64,000 nucleotides of DNA from Sedimentisphaerales bacterium. GTDB taxonomy: Bacteria; Planctomycetota; Phycisphaerae; Sedimentisphaerales; SM23-30. Positions 27,638 to 38,100 of the stretch are shown here, in pieces. The notes beneath the pieces are model-generated. The model saw nothing but the letters and a program-made list of their open reading frames with translations. It was not told the DNA's origin and searched no databases. The stretch covers positions 128,001 through 192,000 of the forward strand of contig CAXXMR010000012.1 in the NCBI GenBank assembly GCA_963663805.2. The letters run 5' to 3'. A program made the position numbers and the translations under genes. The stretch's first letter is position 1, and each line of letters starts with the position of its first letter.

Positions 27638-27901
27638 TCACAAATTCGAGGAATTGCTTGTTTTAGCAGGTTTTTTTTCCTCATGCCTGTCTTTTGGACA
27701 AAGCAGTTCGTCGGCCTCTTCTACAAGGTGCTTACTTAACTGAAAACTCAGCACTGCTGCGTCAAACCAATCAAAATTATTATTCCGTTCGTTGGCCATG
27801 ACCACAAAAGCGTCAAGTACATCTTCTTCGTTGCCGGGCTCGTAACGAAATACAAATCGTTCTTCACCCTTTACTAATGATAGTTCTCTTTGTTTGGACA
27901 T
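27638..27901 (-). CDS. Small hypothetical protein
   Basis: 87 aa, TAATG overlap with the upstream gene, GAGG RBS; motif FDWFDAAVLSFQ. Confidence 0.75.
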   Translation of the reverse strand: MSKQRELSLVKGEERFVFRYEPGNEEDVLDAFVVMANERNNNFDWFDAAVLSFQLSKHLVEEADELLCPKDRHEEKKPAKTSNSSNL

Positions 27902-28656
27902 TACCAGGCTTCCTCTTCATCTGAATGCAGTCGCCGTCTTTCCTTAGCCAGCAGTTCTCCAATCATCTCATGGCAGGTAAAACTTATGTAGTTTCTGCTG
28001 GTAGTATATTTCTTCCAATCCAGCGGAGTGTTTTGCAGTCTGCGGCTTCTGGAAAAATCCTTCAGCCTTATCACCACATCATCCTGCTGGGCATCGTAAA
28101 TTCTCACAACTGTCGCCGAAGGTTCGAGCCTCGCGCCCGGATTCATGACAAAGGGCTTGCCTTGCCGGGCCAATGCTCCGGGGTCCACAAAATCAATGTT
28201 CTGATCCTGTTCGCTATCCTTTTCCGGCTTGGTGTATAACTGTATCGCCATACCTACCAGCGGCGGGAAATAAGGGTCATAGCGGGTAATCGAACCGACG
28301 ATTATGCCGTCAACCTGCAAAGCATTCGCCAGATTAACCGCCTCTTCAGGGCTATTAACCCCTTCCTGCATACCCAGCTCACTCATCACCGCCAGAACAC
28401 GATTTACCGGAACCACACTTAATCCCCGAACCTGTTGCAGTTCAGTAAAAAATTCGTCGGTCACGGCAATGCTGTCCAGGTTTTCCGAACCGGACTGGTT
28501 GAGAAACGGAGCCACCGCAAAAATTTTCGGCTCATCATACGGATTGTCGAAATACCGGTCGATATACACCGACGGTCTGCGACATCCAGCGGAAATCAGC
28601 GTTGCCGCGACAACAGCTAATAACACACTCCTTGATTTGCGGGGGGTCCGGCTCAT
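27901..28656 (-). CDS. Lipoprotein, CsgG/TolB-N-like fold
   Basis: Lipobox ISAG-C; FAVAPFLNQS; LANALQVDGIIVGSITRY. Confidence 0.75.
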   Translation of the reverse strand: MSRTPRKSRSVLLAVVAATLISAGCRRPSVYIDRYFDNPYDEPKIFAVAPFLNQSGSENLDSIAVTDEFFTELQQVRGLSVVPVNRVLAVMSELGMQEGVNSPEEAVNLANALQVDGIIVGSITRYDPYFPPLVGMAIQLYTKPEKDSEQDQNIDFVDPGALARQGKPFVMNPGARLEPSATVVRIYDAQQDDVVIRLKDFSRSRRLQNTPLDWKKYTTSRNYISFTCHEMIGELLAKERRRLHSDEEEAW

Positions 28657-28680
28657 CCTTGGGCCTTCACTATTAACTTT

Positions 28681-29898
28681 TTAGTTTGCCAAAAATCCAC
28701 TCTGAGGATGCCGCGTCAAATCCACGGGTTTATCCATCGCGAAATCTATCTGATGCGGCTTGACCGACCACACATTATTCGTCCCGGAACGATCAGAGCA
28801 GAAATAAACTCTGCCGTCAGGACCACAGGTCGGCGAGAAGTTCGCCGCGTCACCATTGGTAAGCCTCAGACTGTTGGTCCCGTCCAGCGAAACCATAAAT
28901 ACATCCTCACCGGTATTGTCGGGGACCGGCTCCTTGACTTTTTCGTACTGACTCCTGCCTACAGTACTGTAAACCAGAGTCTTGCCGTCCGGCATCCACG
29001 CCGGACCAATACAGGCATGGTCAATGCTTGTAGCGATTTCGGTCGGGAATTTCGCTTCGCCGTCCAGATAATCAACCGTCCAGATACTGAACCACTTACT
29101 GCCCCGATTGCGGGCTAACTGGAAAGCTATCTTGGGATTTTCCTTATCGGGGCACCATTCAGGATAAAGACCATAGCCTATCCATTGCTTGGTCGTGGGA
29201 TTATCAACATCCAGAACCCAAAGCTCCCACTGCTCCGAACGCGGGCCGTAAGAACTGTAAACAATCTTCTTGCCGTCGGGCGACCAGGAAGGATGCACAT
29301 CGTTACTCGAACCAGTCGTTAAACAAGTCGGATTTGTACCGTCAACGCCAACCACCCAGATATCCCAGCTTCCCGAACGATTACTCGTATAGGCCACCCG
29401 GTCGCCCAGGGGCGAAAAACACGGATGCATTTCACTGGCAGGGTCGCTTGTCAGCTTTGTCGCGGTCGAACCGTTTATCTTCTTAACATAAATATCCGGG
29501 TTCGGAGCGTGACGCAGCGAACTGAAAACTATCCATTTGCCATCAGGGCTAATATCAGGGTCGTAATCGCCGCCTTCTTCACAATAACTATGCTGGGCCA
29601 GCGAACTAAACGGCTTAGCTTCAAACTGACGCGGTTTCCAGCCGTTGAATTCACCATAAAGATTGGTCTGAACGTGACGAGGCTGCTTAGGCCGGAACCA
29701 CGCACCGCGTTCAACCGACTGACAACCAACCAGTAACGACAGAAAAACCACCCCTACAAAAACACAAAGCCGCTGAGAACCTCTGATGGCATAAGACATC
29801 TTGCCTTGAGTTTTATATTGTTCTATGGCTCGGCTTGTTTTCATTTCTGTCTCTGTCACCAGGATATCTCCTGCATTCTTTTGCGCTTTATATAGCAT
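28681..29898 (-). CDS. TolB-like PD40 beta-propeller lipoprotein
   Basis: Repeated P-x-(W/F/I)-SPDG-K-x-I motifs; LLVG-C lipobox; AGGAG RBS. Confidence 0.85.
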   Translation of the reverse strand: MLYKAQKNAGDILVTETEMKTSRAIEQYKTQGKMSYAIRGSQRLCVFVGVVFLSLLVGCQSVERGAWFRPKQPRHVQTNLYGEFNGWKPRQFEAKPFSSLAQHSYCEEGGDYDPDISPDGKWIVFSSLRHAPNPDIYVKKINGSTATKLTSDPASEMHPCFSPLGDRVAYTSNRSGSWDIWVVGVDGTNPTCLTTGSSNDVHPSWSPDGKKIVYSSYGPRSEQWELWVLDVDNPTTKQWIGYGLYPEWCPDKENPKIAFQLARNRGSKWFSIWTVDYLDGEAKFPTEIATSIDHACIGPAWMPDGKTLVYSTVGRSQYEKVKEPVPDNTGEDVFMVSLDGTNSLRLTNGDAANFSPTCGPDGRVYFCSDRSGTNNVWSVKPHQIDFAMDKPVDLTRHPQSGFLAN

Positions 29899-30542
29899 TA
29901 GCCAGCTCCTATGCCGCTGAGTTAACTCCCGAAATGCAGTGCACTCCGCTTTTCTCCACTCCCGAACGGAACATCACTGGTGTATTTATCGGCCGCCATA
30001 TAGTCCCAGCTAAGTAAAAACCTTTCTATTTTTTCGCCGCTTCAGGTATAAACCACAGCAGTGTCATAGTTATCGGCCAAAAAGGGGCAGTTGCTTTAGC
30101 AAAGTTCCAGAAATAAAAAGCCGCCCTAAAACCATAACTGCCTTATTAGCAATAAAATACGACAATAACCCCCACCGAGACATCTTTTTATATCTCAGGA
30201 TAAACCTTAAGATAATTCCATTTTCAACCCAATCTGGAAGGCCCAAAAAATCGCCGCCAAAACCCAAAAATCTATAGGTTTTCAAATTTCCTCCCCGACC
30301 ATGCCCGATAACCTTGTTGATAACGCATTATCCACATCACAAACAGCAACTCCAGCAATTACCCATGCTCCGATGCAAGCAAAATGCCTTACTTTTAGCA
30401 ACACCTAAAAAATAGAAGATAATTATTGACATTTTTCGACATAGTTATACATTGGGGACTCCTAAAGGGTTGTATTTTCAGACCGCCTTGTGCTGGCGAT
30501 CATTATGTGTGCGTTTTATACCTTTTTTTGGAGGAAAATGTC

Positions 30543-31184
30543 ATGTTCAGTTTGCGCGCAGTTTCTGTCTGTCTATTTTTATACATTGCCATCTCCTGTT
30601 CCACATCTTCAGCAACTTGGTCTGAGCCCGCACATTTGGAAGAACTCAACCCGCCATACACCAATCTTATTGCCGCCAATCCATTCTTAAACGAAGATGG
30701 CACAAGACTTTACTTCGCAAAATTTGAGTCCTCGCCGGGGGATCGTGAAATATTCTACGCCGACCTTGACCCGGTTAATGGAGATATCCTTTCGGTAAAT
30801 CCCGTTCTGGGGCTTTCTCAGGGATACAATAAACGCTGGCTTTGTGTAAGCCCTGACGAATTAACACTTTATTATACTTTGGAACTTTCGGCAGACCAAT
30901 GGGTCATTCAAGTGGCCAAACGTGACGCAATTACATCGGCCTGGGATTCTATCGAAACCCTTACAGAACTAAGTATTACAAGCGGACAAACCTTCGCACC
31001 GTCGCTCACTCCGGACGGCCTTACTATTTATTATTCATCCAACAACCCAGACGCTTCCGGCAATTATTCAATCTGGCGGGCAACCCGTTCATCAGTTGAC
31101 GACCCATTTGGTACCCCCGAACAGGTTTCTGAGCTCAACTCTGAACGGGGTGGAATAGCCCTGCTTAGAAGGAAAAAAACCTGA
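30543..31184 (+). CDS. Secreted PD40-repeat protein, probably C-terminally truncated
   Basis: GGAGG RBS, signal peptide, three PD40-like blades (NEDGTRLYF, SPDELTLYY, TPDGLTIYY), then an abrupt end. Confidence 0.7.
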   Translation: MFSLRAVSVCLFLYIAISCSTSSATWSEPAHLEELNPPYTNLIAANPFLNEDGTRLYFAKFESSPGDREIFYADLDPVNGDILSVNPVLGLSQGYNKRWLCVSPDELTLYYTLELSADQWVIQVAKRDAITSAWDSIETLTELSITSGQTFAPSLTPDGLTIYYSSNNPDASGNYSIWRATRSSVDDPFGTPEQVSELNSERGGIALLRRKKT

Positions 31185-31217
31185 TTTTATACCTTAATTG
31201 TGCTTCTGGTATTTTAC

Positions 31218-31251
31218 GGCCCCCATTATTAAACAGATGGGGGCCTTTTTT
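31218..31251 (+). terminator. Rho-independent terminator
   Basis: GGCCCCCAT...ATGGGGGCC followed by T6. Confidence 0.75.
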
Positions 31252-31268
31252 ATAATTCCCTCAACCGC

Positions 31269-31297
31269 TTGACTTTAATGGCTTTATAAGATAGACT
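31269..31297 (+). promoter_or_regulatory. Candidate sigma70 promoter of the GT2 cluster
   Basis: TTGACT-N17-TAGACT. Confidence 0.5.
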
Positions 31298-31335
31298 CGC
31301 TCCATCTGGCGCATAAAAACCAGGCGGAACCATCT

Positions 31336-32346
31336 ATGGCAAAAGTTGACATCATCATAGCACTGTACAACAAAGAACCTTATATTGCCCGGACAATCAA
31401 GTCCATTCTTCATCAGGAAGAGACCGACTGGCATCTTATTGTGGTTGACGACGGCTCAACCGACAAAAGCCCGGATATCGTAAAAAAATTCGCCGACCCA
31501 CGCATTGAACTCATCCACCAACAAAATGCCGGACCCGGCCCCGCCCGTAATAAAGGTATTGAATTAGCCACAGCAAAATATGTAGCCTTCCTTGACGCGG
31601 ACGATGAATGGTATCCCTGGTATCTCACCAATGCATTAAAGACAATAAATAGTAATGATGTCCAAATGGTAGCCAACACTTATTATCAATGGCCCCAGCG
31701 AATAAACACCACCGCCAAATGGAGTAATGCCGGTGCCCGGCCGGGCATTTATGTGATAAAAGGTGATGAACCTCTGGACTCGATCAGACATGCGGTTAAT
31801 TTCCTGGTCCCCTGGAATACTTTATTATATACAGAAACCGCACGAAAATATGACGGCTTTTATGAACATTCCCGGCGCGAGGAGGACACTGTCTTTTATA
31901 CTCGCGTGGCGTTCAATGAAAAATTTATGATTTACGGTCCGCCCGGAGTCAGATTTCACAGTGAATGCTGCGGTCTGACCTTGAAGAATCGCCCCTTGCC
32001 CTTTGAGGGAATCAGAAAAGATCCTGACTCCGTACTGAAATATTGCCCTTCGCAAAAAAAAGAGCTTATGACTCAATTTGTCAATTATCGCATTCTGGAA
32101 ACAGCTTTGAGATGGGCAAGATTCGGTTTGAAAAATGAAACGCAAGAAATACTCGATAATCATCCGGGAACAAAAGTTTTTAAAAAAGAATATCAGCAAT
32201 GCCTGAAATTACTGTCTTATGGCAAATGGTTCAAATACTGGAAGGATTTAAAATGCTGGACAGGTCCACCGATAAGACTTAACCTGCTTCGCGTTGCTCA
32301 GGCCTTGCATATCCACGAACAGGCTCCTCCCATGCCTTATAAATAA
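31336..32346 (+). CDS. Glycosyltransferase family 2
   Basis: IIALYN, VVDDGSTD, NAGPGPARN, FLDADD. Confidence 0.92.
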   Translation: MAKVDIIIALYNKEPYIARTIKSILHQEETDWHLIVVDDGSTDKSPDIVKKFADPRIELIHQQNAGPGPARNKGIELATAKYVAFLDADDEWYPWYLTNALKTINSNDVQMVANTYYQWPQRINTTAKWSNAGARPGIYVIKGDEPLDSIRHAVNFLVPWNTLLYTETARKYDGFYEHSRREEDTVFYTRVAFNEKFMIYGPPGVRFHSECCGLTLKNRPLPFEGIRKDPDSVLKYCPSQKKELMTQFVNYRILETALRWARFGLKNETQEILDNHPGTKVFKKEYQQCLKLLSYGKWFKYWKDLKCWTGPPIRLNLLRVAQALHIHEQAPPMPYK

Positions 32347-32370
32347 TATCTGTTTAACAGGTTTAATTAA

Positions 32371-33435
32371 ATGACCAGAGTCGATATTGTCATCCCACTT
32401 TATAACAAAGGCCCTTTCGTGGCCCGGACAATAAAGTCTGTTATGCATCAGGAGGAACAAGACTGGCGATTGATTGTAGTCGATGACGGTTCATCTGATA
32501 ACGGCCCAGAGATTGTCAAAAGTTTTAACGATCCCCGCATAGAACTTATAGTCCAAGAAAATGCAGGGCCCGGCCCGGCACGCAATACCGGAATAGCCGC
32601 AGGAAACTCACAATATGTCGCTCTTCTTGACGCAGACGATGAATGGTATCCCTGGTATCTGAAAAATGCTCTGGCCGCTCTCGATAAGAATCAAGATATT
32701 GGATATGTGTCAAGCCTTTATTATGAGTGGCCCAGCCAAATAGACGCTACCAATCTGTGGGCGGCACGAGGAGTCAAACCCGGTGTTTACCGTTTCAACG
32801 GCACCGAAGACGCACATAACATAATGCAGTTCGTGGTTTTCTCGTTACCGTGGAACACTGTATTTAGGCGACAAGCTCTGGAAAGTAGCGACTGTTTCCC
32901 GGACTGCCACTTTAAGCCCAAACAAAACGACTTCGGCACAGACATGGAAACCGAATTCGGCGAAGATACCACTTTGATGATTCGAATGATTATGAACGAA
33001 TCATTCATGGTCATCGCTCCGCCCGCCGCACGCTACCATACCGAATGCTCCAACATCGCCAGAAGAGACCGCCCACAACCTCTGGAAGTTTATCTGGCTA
33101 GACCCGAAGTTCTTAGTAATTACTGCCCTGACAATATGCGCGATTTACTCGAAAGAATCATGAACGTTACAGCCCTGCATCGCGCCGGACAATGGGCATA
33201 TCACGGCTACAAAAAAAAAGCACGTAACCTAATCAAGAATTATCCACGGGCATCAGAATTTACAGAACAATACAAAATATATCGGTACTACTGTTATGTC
33301 AGGCCAAGACTCTGGACACTATTCAAATGCGCAATTGGACCGCCAATGCGCGGGTTTCTGAGAAAACTTGAACACAAAACCGGCACAACTCCAACAGCGC
33401 CGCCAATGCCCTGGGAAACCGCATCCAATGAATGA
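32371..33435 (+). CDS. Glycosyltransferase family 2
   Basis: VIPLYN, VVDDGSSD, LLDADDEWYPWYL; paralog of the gene at 31336. Confidence 0.92.
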   Translation: MTRVDIVIPLYNKGPFVARTIKSVMHQEEQDWRLIVVDDGSSDNGPEIVKSFNDPRIELIVQENAGPGPARNTGIAAGNSQYVALLDADDEWYPWYLKNALAALDKNQDIGYVSSLYYEWPSQIDATNLWAARGVKPGVYRFNGTEDAHNIMQFVVFSLPWNTVFRRQALESSDCFPDCHFKPKQNDFGTDMETEFGEDTTLMIRMIMNESFMVIAPPAARYHTECSNIARRDRPQPLEVYLARPEVLSNYCPDNMRDLLERIMNVTALHRAGQWAYHGYKKKARNLIKNYPRASEFTEQYKIYRYYCYVRPRLWTLFKCAIGPPMRGFLRKLEHKTGTTPTAPPMPWETASNE

Positions 33436-34435
33436 TGAATTTACAATATCTGTCATTATTCCCGCGTACAATGCCCAGGAATATATCTCACGAACGCTAA
33501 ACAGCGTCGTCACACAATCACTGCCACCGCTGGAAATAATTGTAATCGATGATGGTTCAACCGACAATACCGGTAAAATTACCCAAAGCTTCGGCGACAA
33601 AATAACGTATATCAGACAGGAAAACCAAGGTGTCGCAGCCGCCCGCAACCTCGGCATAGCAATGGCATCTGCACAGTGGGTCGCGTTCCTTGACTCTGAT
33701 GATGAATGGCTGCCCGATAAATTACAAAAACAAACTGACATACTCAAACATAATCCGGAATTAAACTGGGCAGCATCTAATTTTATTAAATGCCTTTGTA
33801 AAGATAATCGTAAAGAGCCTGTAATCAACACAGAAAAAGCTCAAAAACTATTAGCCGACAAAGACTACTTTCCGGATTTTTTTCCGGCCCAGATTCAGTC
33901 AACACCCGCCTGGACCGGCACGGTAATTGCCCGCAAAGAAACCTTGATAAAAGCCGGCCCTTTCCGCAAAGAGGCTTCACCCGCCGAAGATATCGACCTC
34001 TGGTGGCGTATCGCATTTGAAAACCCAGCCATCGGTTATTGCCCCGAACCACTGGCAATTTATCACATGGACATTCCCTTGAGCATTTCACAAGGATTAA
34101 GACCACTAGGCCATCTTGTAGACTTGCTTGAACACAATTTCGCTATTGCCCAAAACTGCAATCAACAGTATAGACTGGCTATAGTTGCTTCTCACATGGT
34201 TAAATGCTGGATCAGGGCAGCTTTTTTTGAAGGACGACATAAAGAGATTAACATCTTAATGAACCATTTCGACAATCTTCTGTCTCAGAGATTTAAAACC
34301 ATCGCCAAGTTAATGCTCACTTTGGGCCCATTAACTACTTACAGCCTGAGAACTCTCTCAAGTATTAATCGCAAATTTCTTATTCGACGTAAAATCACAC
34401 GCAGACCAGGCCCCGTTCAGAAGGGAATGAATTAA
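33428..34435 (+). CDS. Glycosyltransferase family 2
   Basis: SVIIPAYN, IDDGSTD, FLDSDD, EDIDLW; likely start MNDEF. Confidence 0.92.
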   Translation: MNDEFTISVIIPAYNAQEYISRTLNSVVTQSLPPLEIIVIDDGSTDNTGKITQSFGDKITYIRQENQGVAAARNLGIAMASAQWVAFLDSDDEWLPDKLQKQTDILKHNPELNWAASNFIKCLCKDNRKEPVINTEKAQKLLADKDYFPDFFPAQIQSTPAWTGTVIARKETLIKAGPFRKEASPAEDIDLWWRIAFENPAIGYCPEPLAIYHMDIPLSISQGLRPLGHLVDLLEHNFAIAQNCNQQYRLAIVASHMVKCWIRAAFFEGRHKEINILMNHFDNLLSQRFKTIAKLMLTLGPLTTYSLRTLSSINRKFLIRRKITRRPGPVQKGMN

Positions 34436-35457
34436 TGTCGAACATTAAACCCAACATCACTATCAGCGTCATAATCCCGGCGTATAATATCGAAAAATAT
34501 ATTGCCCGGGCCTTACGCAGTGTGTTGGGTCAAACCCGACCGGCAGATGAGATTATCGTAGTAGACGACGGCTCAACCGACGGCACCGCTGAGGAAATAA
34601 AAAAATTCGGCGACAAGGTTCGTTACCTTTATCAAGCAAACAGTGGGCCAAGCACCGCAAGGAATACCGGCATAAGGGCAGCAACATGCAAATGGATCGC
34701 CTTCCTCGACGGCGACGATGAATGGCTGCCGGAATACCTCCAGAGACAATGCAAAATTATCACGCAAAACCCGGAATTGAAATGGCTGGGCGGCAACTAT
34801 ATCCGCTGTCTGTGCGATGAAAATTTAAAAAGAGAAGTTGTCTCCGCAGAAAAAATGACAAAACGTCTCGGCAATAAAAATTACTTTGATGATTATTTAA
34901 TCGCCCATCTACAAGGCCCCCACTGGTGTACAGATACAATGATGGTACAGCAATGGGTATTTGACGACATTGGTTTTTTCCCTGAAGGAATAACAAAGGC
35001 CGAAGACCTAGACATGTGGCTGCGTATCGCATTTCGATATCCGCAATTTGGCTATTCACCAGAACCGGGAGCAATATACCACTTAATTCGCCCGAACAAT
35101 CTCTCCGGCAGTGCCGCGCCGGCGGACTTATACATAGATTTCTTCGACCGACTAACTCGCCAGGCAGAAAAGGCAGGCAGAAGCGAAGCCTTCGAGCCTC
35201 TAGCAACAAAACTATTACGCGGATGGATAAGATCAATGTTGTTCGCCGCACGTGGCCAAGACATTCGTAAAATGATTTACAATTGCCAAAATTTACTAAG
35301 CTGGCCTTACCGAATCAGCATAATAACATTAACCTTCACCCCAAATTTAACCGCCCATTGTTGTCGCCTATTGGGAAAAACGGTCAGACTTATAGGCGAA
35401 CGGCAACAACTAACTCGTAAACCATCTATTAAAAAAATTAGCGGCAAACTCATATGA
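34435..35457 (+). CDS. Glycosyltransferase family 2
   Basis: SVIIPAYN, VDDGSTD, FLDGDD, EDLDMW; paralog of the gene at 33428. Confidence 0.92.
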   Translation: MSNIKPNITISVIIPAYNIEKYIARALRSVLGQTRPADEIIVVDDGSTDGTAEEIKKFGDKVRYLYQANSGPSTARNTGIRAATCKWIAFLDGDDEWLPEYLQRQCKIITQNPELKWLGGNYIRCLCDENLKREVVSAEKMTKRLGNKNYFDDYLIAHLQGPHWCTDTMMVQQWVFDDIGFFPEGITKAEDLDMWLRIAFRYPQFGYSPEPGAIYHLIRPNNLSGSAAPADLYIDFFDRLTRQAEKAGRSEAFEPLATKLLRGWIRSMLFAARGQDIRKMIYNCQNLLSWPYRISIITLTFTPNLTAHCCRLLGKTVRLIGERQQLTRKPSIKKISGKLI

Positions 35458-37013
35458 CACCAAACGATCCTTTCAATATCTTAAAGAATCTGAATACAAA
35501 TGATTATATCCTGCGACATCGTAGTGTTATAATCTACAGCTTCATCATAAACCTGATTGCCTTTGCCACCAGATTAACTACCACTTCTTACTGTGTTGAT
35601 GACTACGATTTTATTTTTGGCAACCCTGATTTTCTGGCTCACGGAAGATGGATGTTCCACTTCTTTTATCATTGTGTTCAGGGCTCTCAATACATTGGCA
35701 GCTTGGCATACTTAATCGGGTTTATTTTTATGATTTTGGCGGGGTTGCAAATATGCCACTATTGGAAAATAAAAAGAACATTTTCACAAATAATCATTAT
35801 TGCACTGTTCTCAACCCACCCCTATCTCGCAGACATGTATAATTTCCATGTCATCGCAATCCCTTTTTCACTAGGGTACTTTTTGGGATTGGCAGCATTG
35901 AATTTACCCGGCAACAACAAAATACTCTGCGGGCTTTCCACATTAATGATCGCTGCCTCGCTGGCCTTTTACCAACCTATATTTTCTGTCATTTGTATAG
36001 TTATCACCATCAAAATCATTCTCTTACTAATTTCAGAATCAATTAACCCCGAAAAGCATAAACAAGCCCGCAACTTCGCTGCCCAGTTAATAATTATCGC
36101 GGCTGGCGTAATACTGTATTTCACCCTGACCAAAATAATCTTCATGATAACCTCCAACCCCGTAAACCCAAGATTCCAGCAAGGCCTACTCACTCTTGAC
36201 TGGAACACATTAAAACCCAAAATAGGCTGGACATTAATTACTCTGACAAACAAAATCCTGCCGTTTCCAGAGGCTGCAATAAGAACTCCGGCAAAAATAA
36301 TTATGTTTGGCATTGCAACTATCGCCTTTTCCCTGTCCTTATATCGGACATATAAAATAAAATATGCTATTTGTTATCGAATCATGTTAGCCATATTATT
36401 TCTTGCCGCCCCGGCAATCAGCATTATTCATATTCTACCTTTAACCTCAATGGCTTTGCCTTGGCGTGCCTCATTAGGTCTGGTCGTGCTGTTTGCGGGA
36501 TGCTATGCGATTATACTATCATGTTCGAATACAAAAATTATTCGAATAATACATGGCTTGATGATCATTGTAATAACCCATTTCATAATTCAAAATAATG
36601 CTTTGTTTTTCAAACAATATCTTTGCACTCAACAGGATTTAGCCTTGGCAAACAGAATTGTAGAACGAATCGAATCGATGGAACAATACCAAAATGGCCT
36701 AAAACTGGTTATAGTCGGAGACTTAGCCCCACAAAAATTTCATAAAGAAGGAAAAAACACTTATCAGATTATCAAAGAATATCTCAAAATTTCTTCTCAA
36801 AAAAGCTACTCTATCGGAAGCAGTGCCTTTCACACCCCCTGGTCCAAATATAGTATACTTCTAGATATGTTAATGCTTCAACTGGAACTCCCGGAAAACA
36901 AGGACATCTATTTGGCTCAGGAAATCACAAAAAAACGCAAACCTTTCCCTTATCCTGAATCGATTTTTATTCACGACGATATGGTTATTGTTTTACTAGA
37001 TCATCCCAAATAA
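35454..37013 (+). CDS. Integral-membrane GT-C glucosyltransferase (GtrII-like)
   Basis: VDDY...HGRW, AFYQ, PWR motifs; many TM segments; AT-rich. Confidence 0.7.
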   Translation: MTPNDPFNILKNLNTNDYILRHRSVIIYSFIINLIAFATRLTTTSYCVDDYDFIFGNPDFLAHGRWMFHFFYHCVQGSQYIGSLAYLIGFIFMILAGLQICHYWKIKRTFSQIIIIALFSTHPYLADMYNFHVIAIPFSLGYFLGLAALNLPGNNKILCGLSTLMIAASLAFYQPIFSVICIVITIKIILLLISESINPEKHKQARNFAAQLIIIAAGVILYFTLTKIIFMITSNPVNPRFQQGLLTLDWNTLKPKIGWTLITLTNKILPFPEAAIRTPAKIIMFGIATIAFSLSLYRTYKIKYAICYRIMLAILFLAAPAISIIHILPLTSMALPWRASLGLVVLFAGCYAIILSCSNTKIIRIIHGLMIIVITHFIIQNNALFFKQYLCTQQDLALANRIVERIESMEQYQNGLKLVIVGDLAPQKFHKEGKNTYQIIKEYLKISSQKSYSIGSSAFHTPWSKYSILLDMLMLQLELPENKDIYLAQEITKKRKPFPYPESIFIHDDMVIVLLDHPK

Positions 37014-38100
37014 ATCGACAATACAATTCCTTAAGTTTAAAATTATATTTTAAGACAGTAAAATCATTGCAGTATTGACTTGCATCTTTAACAATTTGCC
37101 CTACCAACCCTTTATCTTTTTGAATTCCAGCTATCAAATCAGCCAAAGATAACGATGAATAGTCCTCCATCACTAAACCGTTTTTTTTATCTTTGACAAA
37201 CTGAGTCAACCCATCAATCTTTGAACATATTACAGGTTTGCACATAGAAAAAATTTCAAAAATAACCAAAGGACAAGCCTCTTCTCTTGAACAGATCACA
37301 GCCACATCAAAAGCCGACATTATCTCAGGAACATCGTCTCGAAAACCCAGGAAGCGAATACGCTCAGTAATGCCATGTTGAGCAGCGAGGTTTTTCAGTT
37401 TTTTCCTCTCCGGTCCGTCACCAACCAGCAATAACAGATAGTCCGGACTCTTTGCCAACAGATAAGACATAGCTTCCACTAAGATATCCACCCCCTTAAC
37501 ATAATTCAGCCGTCCCACAAACCCCACAACTATATCCTGTTCAGCAATCCCAAGCTGACGCCGGCATTCTTTCCGGTCATATTTTTCCGGATTAAAGACC
37601 GTCAAATCGACAGCATTGGGAATAACCGTTATGCGATCCGGATTGATACGCGTTTTTTTTCTGAGCTGACGGGCCGTAGCTTCGGATACCGCGATACAAG
37701 CGTCGGCTTTATGGCCAAACAACCTCAGAAACAATCTGTAAAAAGAATACTGAATACCACGCCGAAAAATTGGCCCATGCTCGTGAACCACAACCTTAAC
37801 CGGCAAAAAAAACCGGGCCAGCAAAGCCCCCATAATTGCCTTGTGAAGATGAGCGTGAATTATGTCTATTTTATAGTCACGACAGATACGCAAAATATCA
37901 AAAAACTTACGTAGGTCATAGTTGCTACGTGGAATAATCAGAACTTCGCCCTGAATCGGCATTTCAATCGACTTACACCTCAGAGGATAGACAAAGTACT
38001 CAACCTCCCCGGAGTCGTTGTTGTCAACAATATGCTGGAGACACTTTTGGGCTCCGCCACAACGAAGACTGCCGATAATGTGAAGAACTCGTATAGCCAT
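36985..38100 (-). CDS. Glycosyltransferase family 4
   Basis: GGAQ, VHEHG, VIPNAVD, VGRLNYVKG, GDGP, FLGFR, EACPLVIFE. Confidence 0.92.
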   Translation of the reverse strand: MAIRVLHIIGSLRCGGAQKCLQHIVDNNDSGEVEYFVYPLRCKSIEMPIQGEVLIIPRSNYDLRKFFDILRICRDYKIDIIHAHLHKAIMGALLARFFLPVKVVVHEHGPIFRRGIQYSFYRLFLRLFGHKADACIAVSEATARQLRKKTRINPDRITVIPNAVDLTVFNPEKYDRKECRRQLGIAEQDIVVGFVGRLNYVKGVDILVEAMSYLLAKSPDYLLLLVGDGPERKKLKNLAAQHGITERIRFLGFRDDVPEIMSAFDVAVICSREEACPLVIFEIFSMCKPVICSKIDGLTQFVKDKKNGLVMEDYSSLSLADLIAGIQKDKGLVGQIVKDASQYCNDFTVLKYNFKLKELYCRFIWDDLVKQ

